Below are positions 61,618-64,000 of a DNA stretch of 64,000 nt, in pieces. The DNA comes from Tubulanus polymorphus. Lineage: Eukaryota; Animalia; Nemertea. Every line of letters starts with the position of its first letter. Position 1 is the stretch's first letter. The notes under the pieces were generated by a model that saw only the letters and a list, made by a program, of their open reading frames with translations, made no database searches and had not been told where the DNA came from. The translations under genes and the position numbers were made by a program. Where the stretch lies: positions 3,868,231 through 3,932,230 of the forward strand of contig NC_134033.1 of the NCBI RefSeq assembly GCF_964204645.1, written 5' to 3'.

Positions 61618-64000
61618 ACAGGGGTAAGTCAATGGATTTAAAGAAATTTTTAGGCCTATAGTTAGAACATACATTGATATATTGTGTAATTGATTTTTGT
61701 AGGTCAGAAAGCAGTAGACCGCGAGCCCTGGGGCAGGGTAGCTGGGAAGGTTACCAGCATGTTGGGTTCTGCAAGAAAGATCTACTATGGTACAGCGAGG
61801 AAAAAAATATCATTTAAAGAAAAAATGGCTAAGCTTCATAGTAAGTGATTCTGCAGCATTTTGTATTAGATGTTGATATTTTTTTCTATTGTTCATTACA
61901 TTATGACTCTACCCTGATTATGATTTTGGAAAGTTGCTCTGATAATTAAAAATGACTTATGGCAAAGATTGGCAATGATTTCTTAATTCCGCAATTGGTG
62001 GTAACCTTGTGAAATAATGCCAAAAAATCAAGTCAATTGTATTTGAAAGATTGTAAATTCAATGGAACTGTTGTTCTAACAAACTCCGGTGTACAATAGT
62101 TTGTGAAAAATATAATTCGCAATAAAAGGAATACTGCTCGTTATAGCAGACAGTCATTTTACCGATCAATTTTGTTAATTTCTGTGAAGTTTATTTAGAC
62201 AATGTTCCATTGAATGTTTGTTAAAGACTAGTTGATAAAAATTCAAGTTGATCAATTCTCTAATTTTACATATGTTGACTGTTTTTTCTTTTATACATCC
62301 ATCATTTTCAATTCATATTGTTGTTTCAATAAAAACCTTTCAAAAATTATATATGACTGTGTTTGTCTTTCTTAGCCATCTAATTCAAGAAAGGTTACTT
62401 GGGGTTCTTGGATCAAATTTATAGCAGGATGGTAATTTTATTCATAAAGAATGTATCTGGATCGAAATATTCCTCTAACATATCGTATATTATGGGTACC
62501 CTGTGTATAAATTATTTACAATAAGTGAAAGGAAATGAGTCTCAGGATAAAGTTTTTGTAAAAGAAGTGTGGTTCTGACAGCTGTATTATAAAGGTGAGT
62601 TTCTTGACTATTTCAAAGTTCATTTTCAAACTAACTTGAGTCTGTCCTTGAGTGAAATTGAAGTTTGTTACAGGACAATTGTTAGTCAAAATAGTGTTCC
62701 AAAAGTGGTAGCATTTGACATGGTGAAATATCGAATTATCACTAACAATTTCTATCTGATGACAGACTGGTTAATTTTTCTTTTGCCTAATTAATCATTT
62801 AATTTCCTCTGCATGCAACATACCAACAAATTTAAAACTATTCCATTTTCAGCAAGTGGTAGACATAGAATTTATTGAAATCATTGTTTCACAATAGACA
62901 AATTGCGTCAAACTAAATACATGTATTACCTTATATATAATTAATTAAAAGCAAAAAATGCTGATACCTTTATGTTTTGAATTGTAATATTACAAAATGT
63001 TAGTTGCATTAACAGTTTTTAAAGTACGCTCGTGCAAGCTGCGCCATATAAATTTTATTTACAATAATTACTGGGTTTTACCTTAAGTTTTTATCTAATG
63101 AGTTGAATGTTCTTTCAATCAATCTAACAGGCTCTAGGAGAAAATCAGCGAAAAGTGACAGCAGTTGGCAGATGAAAGCAATGAAACACTTTTAACCGCA
63201 ACCCCTTCTTCGATACCAAAAAATATCGATTTCCTAAAAGGTCACGATGAGTGCGCGAAGCTTATTCTTAGTATTGCTCTAGAGATGTTCGTGAATTGTT
63301 CAAATCACGATATCCAACGTACGAAACTAGTTCGGCACTTTATGCAACTTATTCGAATAAGCGTAGTCCAATTGTTCGTAAATGCCAGTGCGGATTTTTT
63401 TCAAAAATATCGTCTCCGATACGAGGCGGTAAATCTGAAATAACAAGATTTTTCAATAAATAATACACTAAAAAGTCATAAAAATTATTTACAGATATTG
63501 TTCTACTTGCGAGCAGGGCTTTCATGCTTGTATTGTTATGAGAATTGCGATCGATTAAACTTACTTGAATAGCTTTGTCTGTCCCCTTTGAAAAACATTT
63601 GCTGTCTTAAAAAAACCTGTAATATATAATATGATAGGGCTTACGAAATGTACTGGAGGCTTTAGGCCTAGATTGACTATAATCGCACGGCGTCGATTGC
63701 CACAGATTATCAGATTATCGCCCACTCTCTATGCCTACCTGACAATATTACAACTCTTACTACAATTCATTGTGGTCACAACCCATCCCTGCTTCGACTG
63801 CCCCGAAAAAACAAATAACTGAGGGAATTTACTAGCCTGGGACGGGTCAAATTATCTGACAGTTTGCACTTCAATACATGAAATAGGCCCATCGATGAGC
63901 TAGGCCTGAAGGTGAATGCGGTTAACTATTGATACGAATCTTTTTTTCATTATGGGTTGACATCTTAACAGAATTACTTCAATATAGGCCGCGGTCTGAG

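Noticed and set aside
63165-63443. 92-aa ORF
   Set aside because: Non-ATG start and no recognisable motif; cannot be supported

Overview
AT-rich eukaryotic DNA with GT-AG introns, probably from a marine invertebrate (GRL101-like GPCR and PAN/C-type lectin genes; taxon is inference). The window is mostly transposon debris. It holds a chromodomain Gypsy 3' end, a Zator transposon, nested MULE-like elements, MITEs, KDZ/CxC gene relics, LINE fragments and a segmental duplication, with only one clearly intact host gene (PAN + C-type lectin). The dominant feature is a ~15.5 kb endogenous Polinton/adintovirus-like virus (44407 to ~59940, right end not in window) encoding pPolB, minor and major capsid, rve integrase and packaging ATPase. 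It has three unusual traits. (1) A 355-aa intein with a LAGLIDADG homing endonuclease sits in the catalytic YxD|TDS motif of its DNA polymerase. (2) It carries a poxvirus/NCLDV VLTF3-like late transcription factor gene. (3) A poxvirus-late-promoter-like motif (T-run...TAAATG) precedes nearly every gene. Together these suggest a virophage-like satellite of a cytoplasmic large DNA virus, integrated in an animal genome (inference). Nearby, a 3.6 kb inverted duplication of the same family's capsid gene could produce hairpin RNA against it.
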